From a virus, in the IMG/VR virus record IMGVR_UViG_3300017708_001182, positions 8,446-72,445 of that record: a stretch of 64,000 bases of DNA. One strand, given 5' to 3'. Made by a program: the position numbers and the translations under genes. Shown in pieces: positions 45,201 to 53,268 of this stretch. Each line of letters begins with the position of its first letter. Within the stretch, counting starts at the first letter, position 1. A model generated the notes under the pieces. The model searched no databases. It worked only from the letters and a program-made list of their open reading frames with translations, and was not told the DNA's origin.

Positions 45201-45862
45201 GCTGCAAATTGATATGTACCTGCTGTTAAGTTACCTATATTTCTGATCTGAGTGATCATCAATTGAGGTATATTAAAATTAGGTTGAAGTTTAAGTTGAT
45301 TGCAATCAAGTTGATCAGTTTCTGTAGCACCACAAATACTACCCTCTGGTGTCAAAGAAATCACATAAGGGATATTTTCTATGTCTAAATATCTTCTAGG
45401 ATTAACTCCATCTGTCCAATAGAGTTCTGTTGTACAGTTTGTTATTCTGTGTACAACTTTAGGAATGGGGTGATTTACATCAAAGTTAAGACAAGGAGCA
45501 TTTACAAGTGTTTGATATTGACAATCATTATTGTCCATAAATCCAATCTCGCTATCTCCTGTGTTTGGGTTGGCTAAAAAGAATATATTCTTACGTTTCT
45601 CAGGAATAAAATGAGAACCAATGAGTTTATATCCTGAAGGAAAATCTAAACACAACTCATTACCTGGCTCATTCTGATAGTTTACAGAACTAGAGTCAAA
45701 GTTTTCTACAGCAGCATTTAAAGCATACGTAAGCCTTCCAGGACCAACTTGATTAATAGAGCTGTCTAGGTTTAATCCTGTCCTAGCAACACTTGGATTT
45801 AATCTAATATTACCCTGCTCCTTTTTTTTGTCAGAATCTTTTTTTGATTGCTGTTTAGCCAT
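39212..45862 (-). CDS. Muzzle / tail stabilisation protein (crAss gp44-like) with poly-Thr decoration insertions
   Basis: 2216 aa. LELYWTDGVNPRRYLDI, GYMRDEVYAFEIVF, WESTETYP..VWG.L...PIRHHKFPD, GDTFISRFAFK and SWISFHSY motifs. Located directly downstream of a ring gene. Confidence 0.8.
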   Translation of the reverse strand: MAKQQSKKDSDKKKEQGNIRLNPSVARTGLNLDSSINQVGPGRLTYALNAAVENFDSSSVNYQNEPGNELCLDFPSGYKLIGSHFIPEKRKNIFFLANPNTGDSEIGFMDNNDCQYQTLVNAPCLNFDVNHPIPKVVHRITNCTTELYWTDGVNPRRYLDIENIPYVISLTPEGSICGATETDQLDCNQLKLQPNFNIPQLMITQIRNIGNLTAGTYQFAAQYSDASGNELTSYYSVTNPLPISDEFTTTVNFDYPVGKSIVVGVSNLDLSGQFEYYNLAVIKTINNITSVEIVGTYSIEDSTREITYTGGDQSPIQLSISDIFEKFPYYDIAQDVTAVQDVLVWDNLTSIDRINYQSIANQITLGWETHRIPADENYADEINAVNLRGYMRDEVYAFEIVFLLKNGKQTDGFHIPGRERGNEESYPDVADSGPNQNNDFIGDPDYYSGDIGFKPWWKIYNTASVTGNSTGQSSDSNYKGPWEYGEFAYWESTETYPCEPDVWGDLSEQPIRHHKFPDVAVSPIIENGPIVYDNNKIVPTMQNDAVFPIGVRLDNLQVSTLIQNSGLTQDQKDDIVAYKIVRGDRGTNKSVIAKGILRNVNKYTRDEEDYYYPNYPYNDLSSDPYVLANNNAWSADSEAYLVYLPEAEPDRSTFLAIIQGLEVTVNENEGVFEYTSALNGKVTQAVIQLDEIVEICSLTRPVPLLGKMVIGPGNYDVWRCFTDNRNTTCGHEIEWKDPFTDWNDTPYVNEVSRTKFLNDDGFLGIEGSDKYTVITKVGGVVNTIYCGRVWTPIGWKDCCRARKTLMEPLEFGPGEVETPPGVAIGADYEGNSTSNNSWRNRRTRSRRSSLGCKDEKPQPSIEEQEDGEITYRQVFNSPETSFGQPFLGSVLKLESVMFGGGKAHWVQVKDNANYKLLSKEAQQDALDSSKKMADLSDPQSFGVMFTAYQAYLTIYVNGITRKNYGMSFNSRASYDYSFDIANNINGGIKQRDIDLTRYLIPGVQSLGPKEEYSINNWNRETSVFIKTLDERELPSSTTLSVPPLPFPSQTPSLLNGADPYIEDDSRFTIGNKGACATPEKEQDLTVVSYYASMKNIFPNQYGQIYSYTTIDTGYQALIKDTGTSTIFGGDTFISRFAFKTKLPFFIDNRVGAPDDSDIFYDEIGNIGYPRYWHSSRSILEDYDFETNGQTTPVRNLISYKAHNFDCPNDPSTIPVGGGAYRTFYDGFMYLFAYGIPNFYCETTYNTDLRQAFNNKEGDFWPHVSSGIPDDWLQETNVPIAQDNTYYYNVTYSKQNKENVFSHLPPDWQDDLCYTVFPFRAIYSDAAITTADSRVNNWLVYRALSFHDFPQNYGNLTSLDGIQNKAILARFENKSLLYNNLLTIDTSNPQAAYIGNPRLFDSSPPIDFAETDLGYVGSQNKFLLKIPQGQITVDAKRGQVFLVSGPKVQDLTSFGSGVNRFMIDHLPFEILQHFPNVPTDNHFNGIGLHGVYDSKFERIIISKLDYIPLRDDIQYDEDTGEFYIEGTTASLFRQADPTANLKTNCLTYISDQFSGTLEVEYQPCDDDVVLNFTFECNSICSEVPIPCNQRIVSTNVRLFPAEPCGGTTTTTTTNDTTTTSTTRPIKPTTTTTTTVEVTTTTTTLEEVPSDPPRHIVYLEDEEYFCNKSWTISFDFNTKSWISFHSYIPNFYIGENNFFYSGKNGCCTSDGSGNLEVIAGELLPPTLPTTTTTTTKTTLFPITTTTTTFRDLVIEGGEVRPTSCELTGGTGIITITTTTTVPCYTPSENSITDSFLEGYQIVGGSPVVSTSSSQDACKAMNLISPNILPIQIKVAYDNYSIGEKIYIWDSFVPYCESLSEGWYSKVSYGKKNNSVFYVASNSRIEQIEYCDYCLSETTTVAPQPLLDECCGFVSVTPEGIYVSTASQDFSETQVDGYVDVPGFVYSATTGVAFTSNKLWTIDSTIKEWDITLSPFTATFNRDIPYAGFPGGIAGNIALSDTVLLGVDSTVAPQKILEIDVTENIPVINVQFEIQLNRVVESNLLYTKENKLVLISKDGLDYYITQFDYSNGNVELDVSLGQLTGRIMLLECDCIIKVLIDDILYIFDSSEGLVDVTENNLTDQGESVDFKTLSQSAAYINCGIENTTTTSTSTSTTTSTTTLSPTCNEYEVSGPIATYYTDCFGQQQVISLGSGQTQIVCASIGIIGATLIGPCNNPV

Positions 45863-45867
45863 AATTC

Positions 45868-46842
45868 TTAATTATTGCGTCTTCTTCTTGTACCGTATCT
45901 ATTTGTACGAGTTGGAAGCTCATACTTATTGAACCTATTCAAGTCTTTTTTTATTCTCCTTTGTTTCTCCCAAGGAGTTTGTTTTTTTATTTCAATCTCT
46001 GCTTCTATATACTTCTCACTATATTCTTGTTTATAGTAAGCCAGCTTTTGTTGAAGTTGATTAAAAGTTTCATCGTTTGTTTGATTGGTTAATATTTCAA
46101 AAACTTTGAACTTAAGAAACGATTCAACATACTCTGCTATACGATAATTATCAGGAACCAATTGATTTCCTGTTGTGTCATACTCTGTAGCATAAAACAA
46201 TAAGTGAACTACGCCACTTCTGAAGTTGGTTACAAACTTATTATCTCTAATATCAAATGAATCATAATTTGCAGACCCAGGGGTAAACTCTCTTACAGGA
46301 GGTGCAAAATTGTTCCAGTCATTTCTGTAATTTACATCACACTGTTGTCTTGTAGAAATGTTACCTGGTTTTAATAAATAACTATGTCTATATGATCTAG
46401 CTATTTCATTATTTGTTTTATACACTGCTTGAACTAATTCAGGCATACATGTCCCATCGCAATTTGGGTGTTGACAACTAGGATTATTACAAGGAGTTCC
46501 TCCTATAGTTAATGGAGATATTTGTATAGTTGTTGCATTAGCTGCCTGTGAGTAGAATGATGTGGCAGAAGGGTAAGGGTTTCCTGGCACCTCAGCACAC
46601 ATCCAAGCTTCTCTGACAGCATGAAAGTTATCTGGTAACCTTGCTTGAAAGTCTTCAATAAACAACACCTGTTCACTTATTACATAAGTAGTTCTGCCTA
46701 ACTTTCTTAGACACTTGTCTAGATAGGTAGGAAAGAGCAAATCATCTACAGCGCCTGTATCAAAGTAACTTTTAAGTTCTTCTTTTACAGTAGCGTAAAT
46801 AGGCTCTGGGGAAATAAAATTGTATTTATAATAGTACGACAT
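45868..46842 (-). CDS. Tail ring / tubular protein (crAss gp43-like)
   Basis: 324 aa immediately upstream of the muzzle. Helical N-terminus, central Cys-rich insert (CNNPSCQHPNCDGTC), and a FDIRDNKFVTNFRSGVVHLLFYA segment. Confidence 0.6.
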   Translation of the reverse strand: MSYYYKYNFISPEPIYATVKEELKSYFDTGAVDDLLFPTYLDKCLRKLGRTTYVISEQVLFIEDFQARLPDNFHAVREAWMCAEVPGNPYPSATSFYSQAANATTIQISPLTIGGTPCNNPSCQHPNCDGTCMPELVQAVYKTNNEIARSYRHSYLLKPGNISTRQQCDVNYRNDWNNFAPPVREFTPGSANYDSFDIRDNKFVTNFRSGVVHLLFYATEYDTTGNQLVPDNYRIAEYVESFLKFKVFEILTNQTNDETFNQLQQKLAYYKQEYSEKYIEAEIEIKKQTPWEKQRRIKKDLNRFNKYELPTRTNRYGTRRRRNN

Positions 46843-46845
46843 AAC

Positions 46846-47325
46846 TTATTTTTTCCATTCATGATACATGTGTTGGTACTTATCGTCAGTTTTTATATAG
46901 TGTGATAATAATCTTGAGGTAATTCTTGAGGGCTTAAAGTACCATAGTTCAGAGTTTCTAAATCTAGCACTCTCTTTAAACCACATCCACCCAAAGAAAT
47001 ATCCTTCTGTATGATAGTTAAAGTTATATATAACTTTTCCTTTCTCTTTAGTTTTCTGCCAGTCAATAGGTAAGTTGACAAACTCTTTACCGTCTATACC
47101 TTTTACTTTTCTTCTTTTCTTTTTATTTACAGAAAATTGTCCAAGGCTACCTACTAACTTTTCTTTCTTTCCTGTTTCTAATATATAGTGTTTAAATGCA
47201 TCATTGTACTGATACAATATATTTCTCCACTCATTAAAAGACAGATTCACCAAAGGGTGTTTCTTACAGAAATCATTGTAGTTATCTTTACTTGCACTTC
47301 TCCAATCAACAGAGACTCTAGCCAT
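46846..47325 (-). CDS. IHF/HU-like basic DNA-binding protein
   Basis: 159 aa, very basic. ILETGKKEKLVGSLGQFSVNKKKRR resembles the HU/IHF arm. Sits between two ring genes as in crAss-like phages. Confidence 0.55.
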   Translation of the reverse strand: MARVSVDWRSASKDNYNDFCKKHPLVNLSFNEWRNILYQYNDAFKHYILETGKKEKLVGSLGQFSVNKKKRRKVKGIDGKEFVNLPIDWQKTKEKGKVIYNFNYHTEGYFFGWMWFKESARFRNSELWYFKPSRITSRLLSHYIKTDDKYQHMYHEWKK

Positions 47326-47331
47326 TTGTTA

Positions 47332-48057
47332 TTAGTTTGTAGGCTGGGCATTTGGTGCTTGTCCATCTATTCCTTCATTGCTCATATCTGTCTTAATTTG
47401 AAAATATGTAGATAAAAGTTTTGTAGAAGTCATTGCAAGAACTTGTTGCTCTAAGTATCCAGGAAGTGCATATTCTTTATCTAGCGGATTCTTACATAGA
47501 TCCTCTGTAGAATAATTTGTACCACAATCACAATCTGGGTACATTATTTCATTAGGCACATCTTCCTCAAACAACGCTGCCAACCTTATTGATTTTAATA
47601 ATGGGTTACTCACATACAAGTAACCGTTAGATATCCAAAAATAACTTTCCTTTTTAATTAGTCTAAGTTTTAGTATATTTAAATATCTGTTTATTGTTAT
47701 TTCTTTTAATTTAGTACCTTTCCCTCCCATAGCATTTATAGAATAAACACCTTGAATTACATATTGATAGTTACCTTCTGATATTCTAGGTAGCTTAAAT
47801 TTAGTTCTTGCTACAGTACAAGGGTCAGCATATTCACAACATTCTGAAATAGGAACCTCTACCATCTCTAAACAAGGAATGGTAGTAAACAGGGTATCAC
47901 TAGCCCATAGTTTCCTTACATTGGTTTCTCTTTTAATTAACGTCAAGGCATTATTTCTTATTTCAGAAGAAATTGCTCTGTCTGTAATAAGTGCATCAGT
48001 TGATAAAATCTTATGCGTAGATCGCACATCTGAAACCAATTTTCTTAATGTTGCCAT
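47332..48057 (-). CDS. Tail ring protein (crAss gp40-like)
   Basis: 241 aa. MATLRKLVSDVR N-terminal helix, CLEMVEVP..ECC motif and C-terminal YALPGYLEQQV helix. Syntenic position. Confidence 0.6.
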   Translation of the reverse strand: MATLRKLVSDVRSTHKILSTDALITDRAISSEIRNNALTLIKRETNVRKLWASDTLFTTIPCLEMVEVPISECCEYADPCTVARTKFKLPRISEGNYQYVIQGVYSINAMGGKGTKLKEITINRYLNILKLRLIKKESYFWISNGYLYVSNPLLKSIRLAALFEEDVPNEIMYPDCDCGTNYSTEDLCKNPLDKEYALPGYLEQQVLAMTSTKLLSTYFQIKTDMSNEGIDGQAPNAQPTN

Positions 48058-48059
48058 AA

Positions 48060-49298
48060 TTATATTCTTTCTTCAAATTCAGCTACCTTGCCTACTTTAA
48101 AATCATAGACCAAAGCTAGAGCAGCTCGTACACTGTGTACAAAATTATTATCTTTATGCCACCTATCTGTTCCAGATAAACTAGGCATTTGTTGTATCCT
48201 AACTCCTTTTATTTCCTTTGCCATATAATGATGCTTGTCACCTGTATGAACTTCTCTATACGTAGCATCTCCAAACCACTTACTATAAGTTGGATGTGTA
48301 GCAAATAATAAAGGAAGTGCATCAATCTTACAGTTACCGTGATGAAATCCAATAAACGTATTACCCACTACAGTTGCTTTAACTAATCCTTCTTCTCTAA
48401 CAAATGATATGTTCTCATCTTCTTTAAAAAATATATCTAGTGCATGAGCTAAGTAATATGATTTAGTTCTATCGTGATTACCTTGTACTAAAATAACCTC
48501 AACATGTTTAGAATTACTCTTCAACATTTTAATAGTATCTACTAAAAGGTTAAATCCCATCTCATACTCTGATGCATAATCTAATATTATATCTTGAGGA
48601 GTACCATTAGTTGTAGTGTTCTGATAATTATCTGTATGAAAGAAATCATTAGATATAGGAAACACTACTTTATTTATATTATAAATAGATCTAACTTTAT
48701 GAATTAAAGATTCTGCTATTTTTACAAACCTATTAGCTCTAGTTTCTGGATCATTATCTCCATCAACATATCTTTTAGCTAAGTGGTAATCTGATAAAGA
48801 TAACTCAATATCTACCAGAGATAGCAGCCCCATTTCAGGAGCAGGAATAGGAGTGTAGTTTGATTTATAGTTCTCTAAGAACTTGCTGAAATCATCAGCT
48901 GTGTAATCTTTTGGTGTCTTCCTCTTTGAAAATACTGAGGAAGTAAACTTTCCGCTTGGAAGTACTTTAGACCAGTAGTTTGTAATTATATATTTGTCTA
49001 GATCTATTTTGTGAAGCTTTGCTAACTCCAGGTGATTTTTGGGTTCATAATCAATAGTAATTGTACTCTCTATTGTTCCCTTTTCACTGTTAACCTTCTT
49101 TAGTGATTCAAAGGTTTCTGATGTATTTGATGTTTTTAAAAACACCTCTCCTTCATCTTTCTCTCTACTTCTTATTTCCTTAATTAGTTCATCTACCTCA
49201 TCTTCTGTTATGTTTAGCTTTTCAGCATAAAACTTTTTACTTTTTTTCCAGCTCAGTAGTCCCTCTAGCTGTCTGAGTACTTTCTCATTATACGACAT
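48060..49298 (-). CDS. Calcineurin-like metallophosphoesterase with N-terminal HTH-like segment
   Basis: All five motifs are present: SDYHL, SNDFFH, GNHD, FHHG, HTGDKHH. Confidence 0.8.
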   Translation of the reverse strand: MSYNEKVLRQLEGLLSWKKSKKFYAEKLNITEDEVDELIKEIRSREKDEGEVFLKTSNTSETFESLKKVNSEKGTIESTITIDYEPKNHLELAKLHKIDLDKYIITNYWSKVLPSGKFTSSVFSKRKTPKDYTADDFSKFLENYKSNYTPIPAPEMGLLSLVDIELSLSDYHLAKRYVDGDNDPETRANRFVKIAESLIHKVRSIYNINKVVFPISNDFFHTDNYQNTTTNGTPQDIILDYASEYEMGFNLLVDTIKMLKSNSKHVEVILVQGNHDRTKSYYLAHALDIFFKEDENISFVREEGLVKATVVGNTFIGFHHGNCKIDALPLLFATHPTYSKWFGDATYREVHTGDKHHYMAKEIKGVRIQQMPSLSGTDRWHKDNNFVHSVRAALALVYDFKVGKVAEFEERI

Positions 49299-49326
49299 GT
49301 AATTGTGCTTTAGTTAAAAAATATTG

Positions 49327-49359
49327 TAAATATATAAAATTTATTTTGGATATTACAAA
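49327..49359 (-). promoter_or_regulatory. Probable Bacteroidota-type promoter for the phosphoesterase-ring-muzzle operon
   Basis: Minus strand reads TTTG - 21 nt - TATATTTA (one mismatch to TAnnTTTG), downstream of a terminator. Confidence 0.45.
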
Positions 49360-49384
49360 TAAATTTACTAAACCAGGTTATTAT

Positions 49385-49405
49385 TTATAATCAATTTAGT
49401 TATAA
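49385..49405. promoter_or_regulatory. Conserved 21-bp upstream motif, copy B (TTATAATCAATTTAGTTATAA)
   Basis: Near-identical to 30841-30861. Here it extends to a 10-bp inverted repeat TTATTTATAA/TTATAAATAA (49381-49409). Confidence 0.6.
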
Positions 49406-49441
49406 ATAAAAAACTCCTAGGGCTACTAATAACCCTAGGAG
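49406..49441 (-). terminator. Intrinsic terminator after the decoration-gene cluster
   Basis: 9-bp stem CTCCTAGGG/CCCTAGGAG (49414-49422 / 49433-49441), 10-nt loop, followed on the minus strand by a T-tract. Confidence 0.85.
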
Positions 49442-49472
49442 AAGCCTTGTAAAACCAACAAAACAAGACTTT

Positions 49473-49700
49473 TTATACATTAATATCTAGGAATATTCCT
49501 TCATCGATTGCCATGACTCTAATAATTGTTGCTAGATCAGGGATCTGATCAGTTGCATAACCTCCATTACCAGTTTTATCTAACAATTCATCTCTAGTTA
49601 CATTTGTTGCAAATGGAGCTGTAAAGTTATTTATGTCTGAGTAGATGTTAAACAAGTGAAGATCTCCACCTATTGTATTTATTTTTATTAAGCCTGTCAT
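49473..49700 (-). CDS. Stand-alone GPFD-type domain protein (75 aa)
   Basis: LFNIYSDINNFTAPFATNVTRDELL...IIRVMA aligns with the other paralogues. Confidence 0.75.
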   Translation of the reverse strand: MTGLIKINTIGGDLHLFNIYSDINNFTAPFATNVTRDELLDKTGNGGYATDQIPDLATIIRVMAIDEGIFLDINV

Positions 49701-49701
49701 A

Positions 49702-49941
49702 TCAACTTATGAATGTGATTGCAACATTCTCAAAGTTTGAACACGTTCCAGTGTTCTGAATTTTGAGTGCTGTTGTACTTGGATTACACCCAACATTAAC
49801 TCCCAGCGGTGAGGTGAGTTGGGACATTAATACACCAGTGGCTATAGGAGTTGTATAGAAATCACCATTTTGATATATGTCACAAGGTCCTGAGTCAGCC
49901 CCATACTGTCCTGTTATTTTTATATTTGCTTGAAATGCCAT
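49702..49941 (-). CDS. Stand-alone GPFD-type domain protein (79 aa)
   Basis: GADSGPCDIYQNGDFYTTPIATGV...LKIQNTGTC. Confidence 0.75.
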   Translation of the reverse strand: MAFQANIKITGQYGADSGPCDIYQNGDFYTTPIATGVLMSQLTSPLGVNVGCNPSTTALKIQNTGTCSNFENVAITFIS

Positions 49942-49966
49942 ATTATATTGTTTTAAGATTTATAGA

Positions 49967-51553
49967 TTAACATAGAGATATTGGACCACTAACTTGTCCG
50001 TTAGCTCCAATTGTAAAAGAAGAGTTACCAACAGATCCATTTATATCAACAATGTGCCAATCTCCTGTTCCTGTATACGTGGTAGTTCCTTGAAAATTAG
50101 TGTAAACAATCGAGTTGTTTGTAGGAATATTACTAGCATTTACATTAGATATCCAAACATCCAATATTGTAGATTGAACACATGCTAGTGCAGCAGAAGA
50201 TTGCGGAGTCAAACTCAGTAACCCCTGTGTCAACCCACCCACTGTAGTAGTTGTAGTGGTTGTGCTACTAGTAGTAGTCGTTGTTGCTTGAGAAGGTGCA
50301 GTTATTGTTATAGTACCTAAATCACAAGTCCCTACAGCACTAGTCGTAGTGGTAGTTGTTGTGGGTTCAACAGTGGTAGTAGTAGTTGTTGTTGGTACCA
50401 AAACATTCCCTGTTATATCAAGATATGTTGTTGAAACTGCCATGATAAAACTAAAGGTAGAAACAAGTGAACCTGTTGCAGATCCTTGATCATTCAGGAC
50501 AACAGTCTGCGGTGGATTAACATTTAAACCTATTCGTGCGACATTTTCAAATACATTATTTCCTGACTTTGCATTTGTTACATTCACTACTACATTAGCT
50601 CCACTTTGAATTAGAGGACTTCCTCCAAAAGGATTAGATGCACTAGTGATTGAACCTGTATCTACAACTACATTATCTGCAAGTATTTCTACACTAACAG
50701 TATCTATATCTGCAGGTGTGGTTGTCAAAAGCTCCCAATCCAACTTCAGATCTGCAGCTGTAGTAGTTGTAGTGGTTGTTGATGATGATGTTGTGGTTGT
50801 TGTTGTAGGAGGATTAATATCACCTTGGAACACAAATGTAGTGTTAGCACTTCCCATTGTATATGAAGAGGATAGTGATGTAATTAACTCATTTACACAA
50901 GGTTCACAGTTGTCTTGTGGTTGATATAAAACTCCATCTTTTGTTATTTTATTACCAAAGTTAAATGTACCTGTTTTAGTGTTAGTCATTGTTGCTGTTA
51001 CAACTTGACCAGCAGTAAGGTTTAATGTTCCTACTTGAGATGTATTACCAACACTTATTGTTTCATTCACCACTTGAACAGAATCAACTTCTATTACAAG
51101 ATTAACGGTTCCTATATCTAAAGGAGTATTTGTAATAAGTTCATACTGAAACTTAGGAGATGCAGTGGTAGTTGTAGTGGTTGTACTACTAGTACTAGTT
51201 GTAGTGGTTGTACTTGTACTAGTACTAGTTGTTGTTGTAGTTGGTTCTGCAGTAGTAGTAGTTGTGGTTGTCGGATCTACCGTTGTTGTTGTTGTGGTGG
51301 TAGGTTCAACAGTTGTACTAGTAGTAGTAGTTGGACAATTAGTTGGTAAGTCAATACAATTTTCACATGTACCAACAGAGCAAACTCGTATAATGGTTGC
51401 TCCCATAGGAAGTGTAACTGTATATCCAGCTACTAAATCTACAGCTGGGACTTGTGTTTCAAATGGAGTTGTGAATCCGTCCACATCTGAATATAAGTCA
51501 AATGGTCCAGCAGCGCCTCCAGGGGGAATGGTTATGCTTATTTGTATTAACAT
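49967..51553 (-). CDS. Poly-Thr decoration protein: GPFD domain plus two Ig-like repeats
   Basis: N-terminal GPFDLYSDVDGFTTPFET, long Thr runs, and two similar ~100-aa units (KFQYELITNTPLDIGTV... / KLDWELLTTTPADIDTV...). Confidence 0.75.
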   Translation of the reverse strand: MLIQISITIPPGGAAGPFDLYSDVDGFTTPFETQVPAVDLVAGYTVTLPMGATIIRVCSVGTCENCIDLPTNCPTTTTSTTVEPTTTTTTTVDPTTTTTTTAEPTTTTTSTSTSTTTTTSTSSTTTTTTTASPKFQYELITNTPLDIGTVNLVIEVDSVQVVNETISVGNTSQVGTLNLTAGQVVTATMTNTKTGTFNFGNKITKDGVLYQPQDNCEPCVNELITSLSSSYTMGSANTTFVFQGDINPPTTTTTTSSSTTTTTTTAADLKLDWELLTTTPADIDTVSVEILADNVVVDTGSITSASNPFGGSPLIQSGANVVVNVTNAKSGNNVFENVARIGLNVNPPQTVVLNDQGSATGSLVSTFSFIMAVSTTYLDITGNVLVPTTTTTTTVEPTTTTTTTSAVGTCDLGTITITAPSQATTTTTSSTTTTTTTVGGLTQGLLSLTPQSSAALACVQSTILDVWISNVNASNIPTNNSIVYTNFQGTTTYTGTGDWHIVDINGSVGNSSFTIGANGQVSGPISLC

Positions 51554-51556
51554 GGT

Positions 51557-51808
51557 TTAAGGTATTAAAGTTGTTGTTGTTGTTATATTTTGTAAAACTA
51601 TATCCAGATAATTAACGCACTTACCCAAAGATTTCACTCGTACAATACTTGCATAATCTGGAACTAGAGAACTAGTATATCCATTTAACAAGTCAGCGGC
51701 TGAGATATTTGTTTCAAAAGGAGCATTGAAATTATCTACATCTGAGTATAAGTCGAATGTAGAGCTATCAGATCCTATCTGAGATATGGTTAGTAGCACG
51801 GTCATCAT
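51557..51808 (-). CDS. Stand-alone GPFD-type domain protein (83 aa)
   Basis: STFDLYSDVDNFNAPFETNISAADLLNGY...VRVKSLGKC, ending in a short Thr run. Confidence 0.8.
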   Translation of the reverse strand: MMTVLLTISQIGSDSSTFDLYSDVDNFNAPFETNISAADLLNGYTSSLVPDYASIVRVKSLGKCVNYLDIVLQNITTTTTLIP

Positions 51809-52134
51809 TATGAACAGCAGTTGTTATTAATGTTTGTTATTTGTGAGTTAATGTTTATTATCTGCTCTTTAATAGCAGAAATATCACTAGTGTTAGCTGT
51901 AACTTGACTTTTTAACTCGACAAGAACAGAGTCTATTTTTGATAATGCTACATTGATTGTGTCACAAGCTTCTACACCAGATCCTGGAAGAGTTGGGCCA
52001 TCGTACACAACTGTGCTTGATACAGTCCCATTTGTTCCACAGGAGTTATTACATTGATTAGATGTACTTGTGCATCCACAAGGGTTATTTAAAACTACAT
52101 CAGTGCAGCAAGGGTTTACAGGTAGGTATGCCAT
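51808..52134 (-). CDS. Cys-rich small fibre adaptor with coiled-coil tail
   Basis: NPCC...PCGC...C...C followed by VVYDGPTL...DTINVALSKID and a heptad coiled coil. Confidence 0.7.
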   Translation of the reverse strand: MAYLPVNPCCTDVVLNNPCGCTSTSNQCNNSCGTNGTVSSTVVYDGPTLPGSGVEACDTINVALSKIDSVLVELKSQVTANTSDISAIKEQIININSQITNINNNCCS

Positions 52135-52145
52135 TTTATTTTGTT

Positions 52146-53255
52146 TTAAGGTATGTAAATTATATAATATACTCCACGTCCAGGCTGGTAGTTACTATGT
52201 GATTGTCCTCCACCTGTAGGATCAAGAGTAACAGTATGTGTGTGTGGAGGAAGAGGGTCTGCATTAAACTGTCTTTGTCTAAAGCCATTGTCTCCACCTT
52301 TAAATCCTCCACCTCCAGGAATACTATTACCAACATAAGGTCCTGCTGCCCATCCTGTAGGAGTTAGTGTAGGTGTTGATGGTCCAATAGTAACATCGTG
52401 TATATGTGAAGGAATTTGTCCTTCAGTTAAAACTACACTATTACTACCTTCTGTAGTTGATATTGTATAAGTTGGGTTCTCAGGTTGAGCAGGATCTACA
52501 GATATATCCATTGCTCCACCACTCATACTTCCATCACTAGTTCCAACTAGCACTCTACCTCTTAAATCAGGAGTTCCATTTTCGCCATTACATAGATATA
52601 TCCTTTCCCAGTTACCTATACCAGCACCAGAAGCATTAAAGTTGTTAAGAAATGCAGCACCTCCAGTAGCAGCAACAATTGAAAAAGGAACCATCCTGTT
52701 AGCAATAAGCTGTTCACTTGGATCATTTTGTATATAGTTTTCAATATACGTATTTATATCTGAAACTTTAACATACGTATTATCTACAAAAGTAATAAAA
52801 TTTGCTAGATCTTCAGCTATTAAACAAACTTTATCTATGACAGCCTGTAAAACTGCTTCTGTTGATGTTGGATCAGGTGATGAAATACCACCACTGATGC
52901 AATTTAAATCATATGTTACAGTTGAAACTTCAGGGTCTGCAATATCAATAACTTGTTCCTCGAGGTTACATAAAAACTTTACTATTCCTGTTAAGTAGTT
53001 ATTTAATGAAAGTGGGTTACAATCGTCTAGTTCTGCTTGTAAACTTGGACATATATCTGTCTGTGGTACTACAGGAAATATTCCTGTACCATCAAGAGTT
53101 GAGGTTAAAAAACCTATTATTGACTGCTCTACATAAGATAGAGAGTCTCCATTTTGTATTCCTAGAACAGGGACCTCTACCCCTGTATATTTAACGCATT
53201 TGTCTGAGGTTATCTCAGTACATCCGTTATAGCAATTTGAGCAATTATTTGACAT
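52146..53255 (-). CDS. Tail fibre / collar-domain protein
   Basis: N-terminal CSNC...CVKYTG domain. C-terminal YLCNGENGTPDLRGRVLVG...G...VVLTEGQIPSH.H...H.NYQP..GVYYII is the phage tail-collar signature. Confidence 0.8.
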   Translation of the reverse strand: MSNNCSNCYNGCTEITSDKCVKYTGVEVPVLGIQNGDSLSYVEQSIIGFLTSTLDGTGIFPVVPQTDICPSLQAELDDCNPLSLNNYLTGIVKFLCNLEEQVIDIADPEVSTVTYDLNCISGGISSPDPTSTEAVLQAVIDKVCLIAEDLANFITFVDNTYVKVSDINTYIENYIQNDPSEQLIANRMVPFSIVAATGGAAFLNNFNASGAGIGNWERIYLCNGENGTPDLRGRVLVGTSDGSMSGGAMDISVDPAQPENPTYTISTTEGSNSVVLTEGQIPSHIHDVTIGPSTPTLTPTGWAAGPYVGNSIPGGGGFKGGDNGFRQRQFNADPLPPHTHTVTLDPTGGGQSHSNYQPGRGVYYIIYIP

Positions 53256-53268
53256 GATATTTTATATT

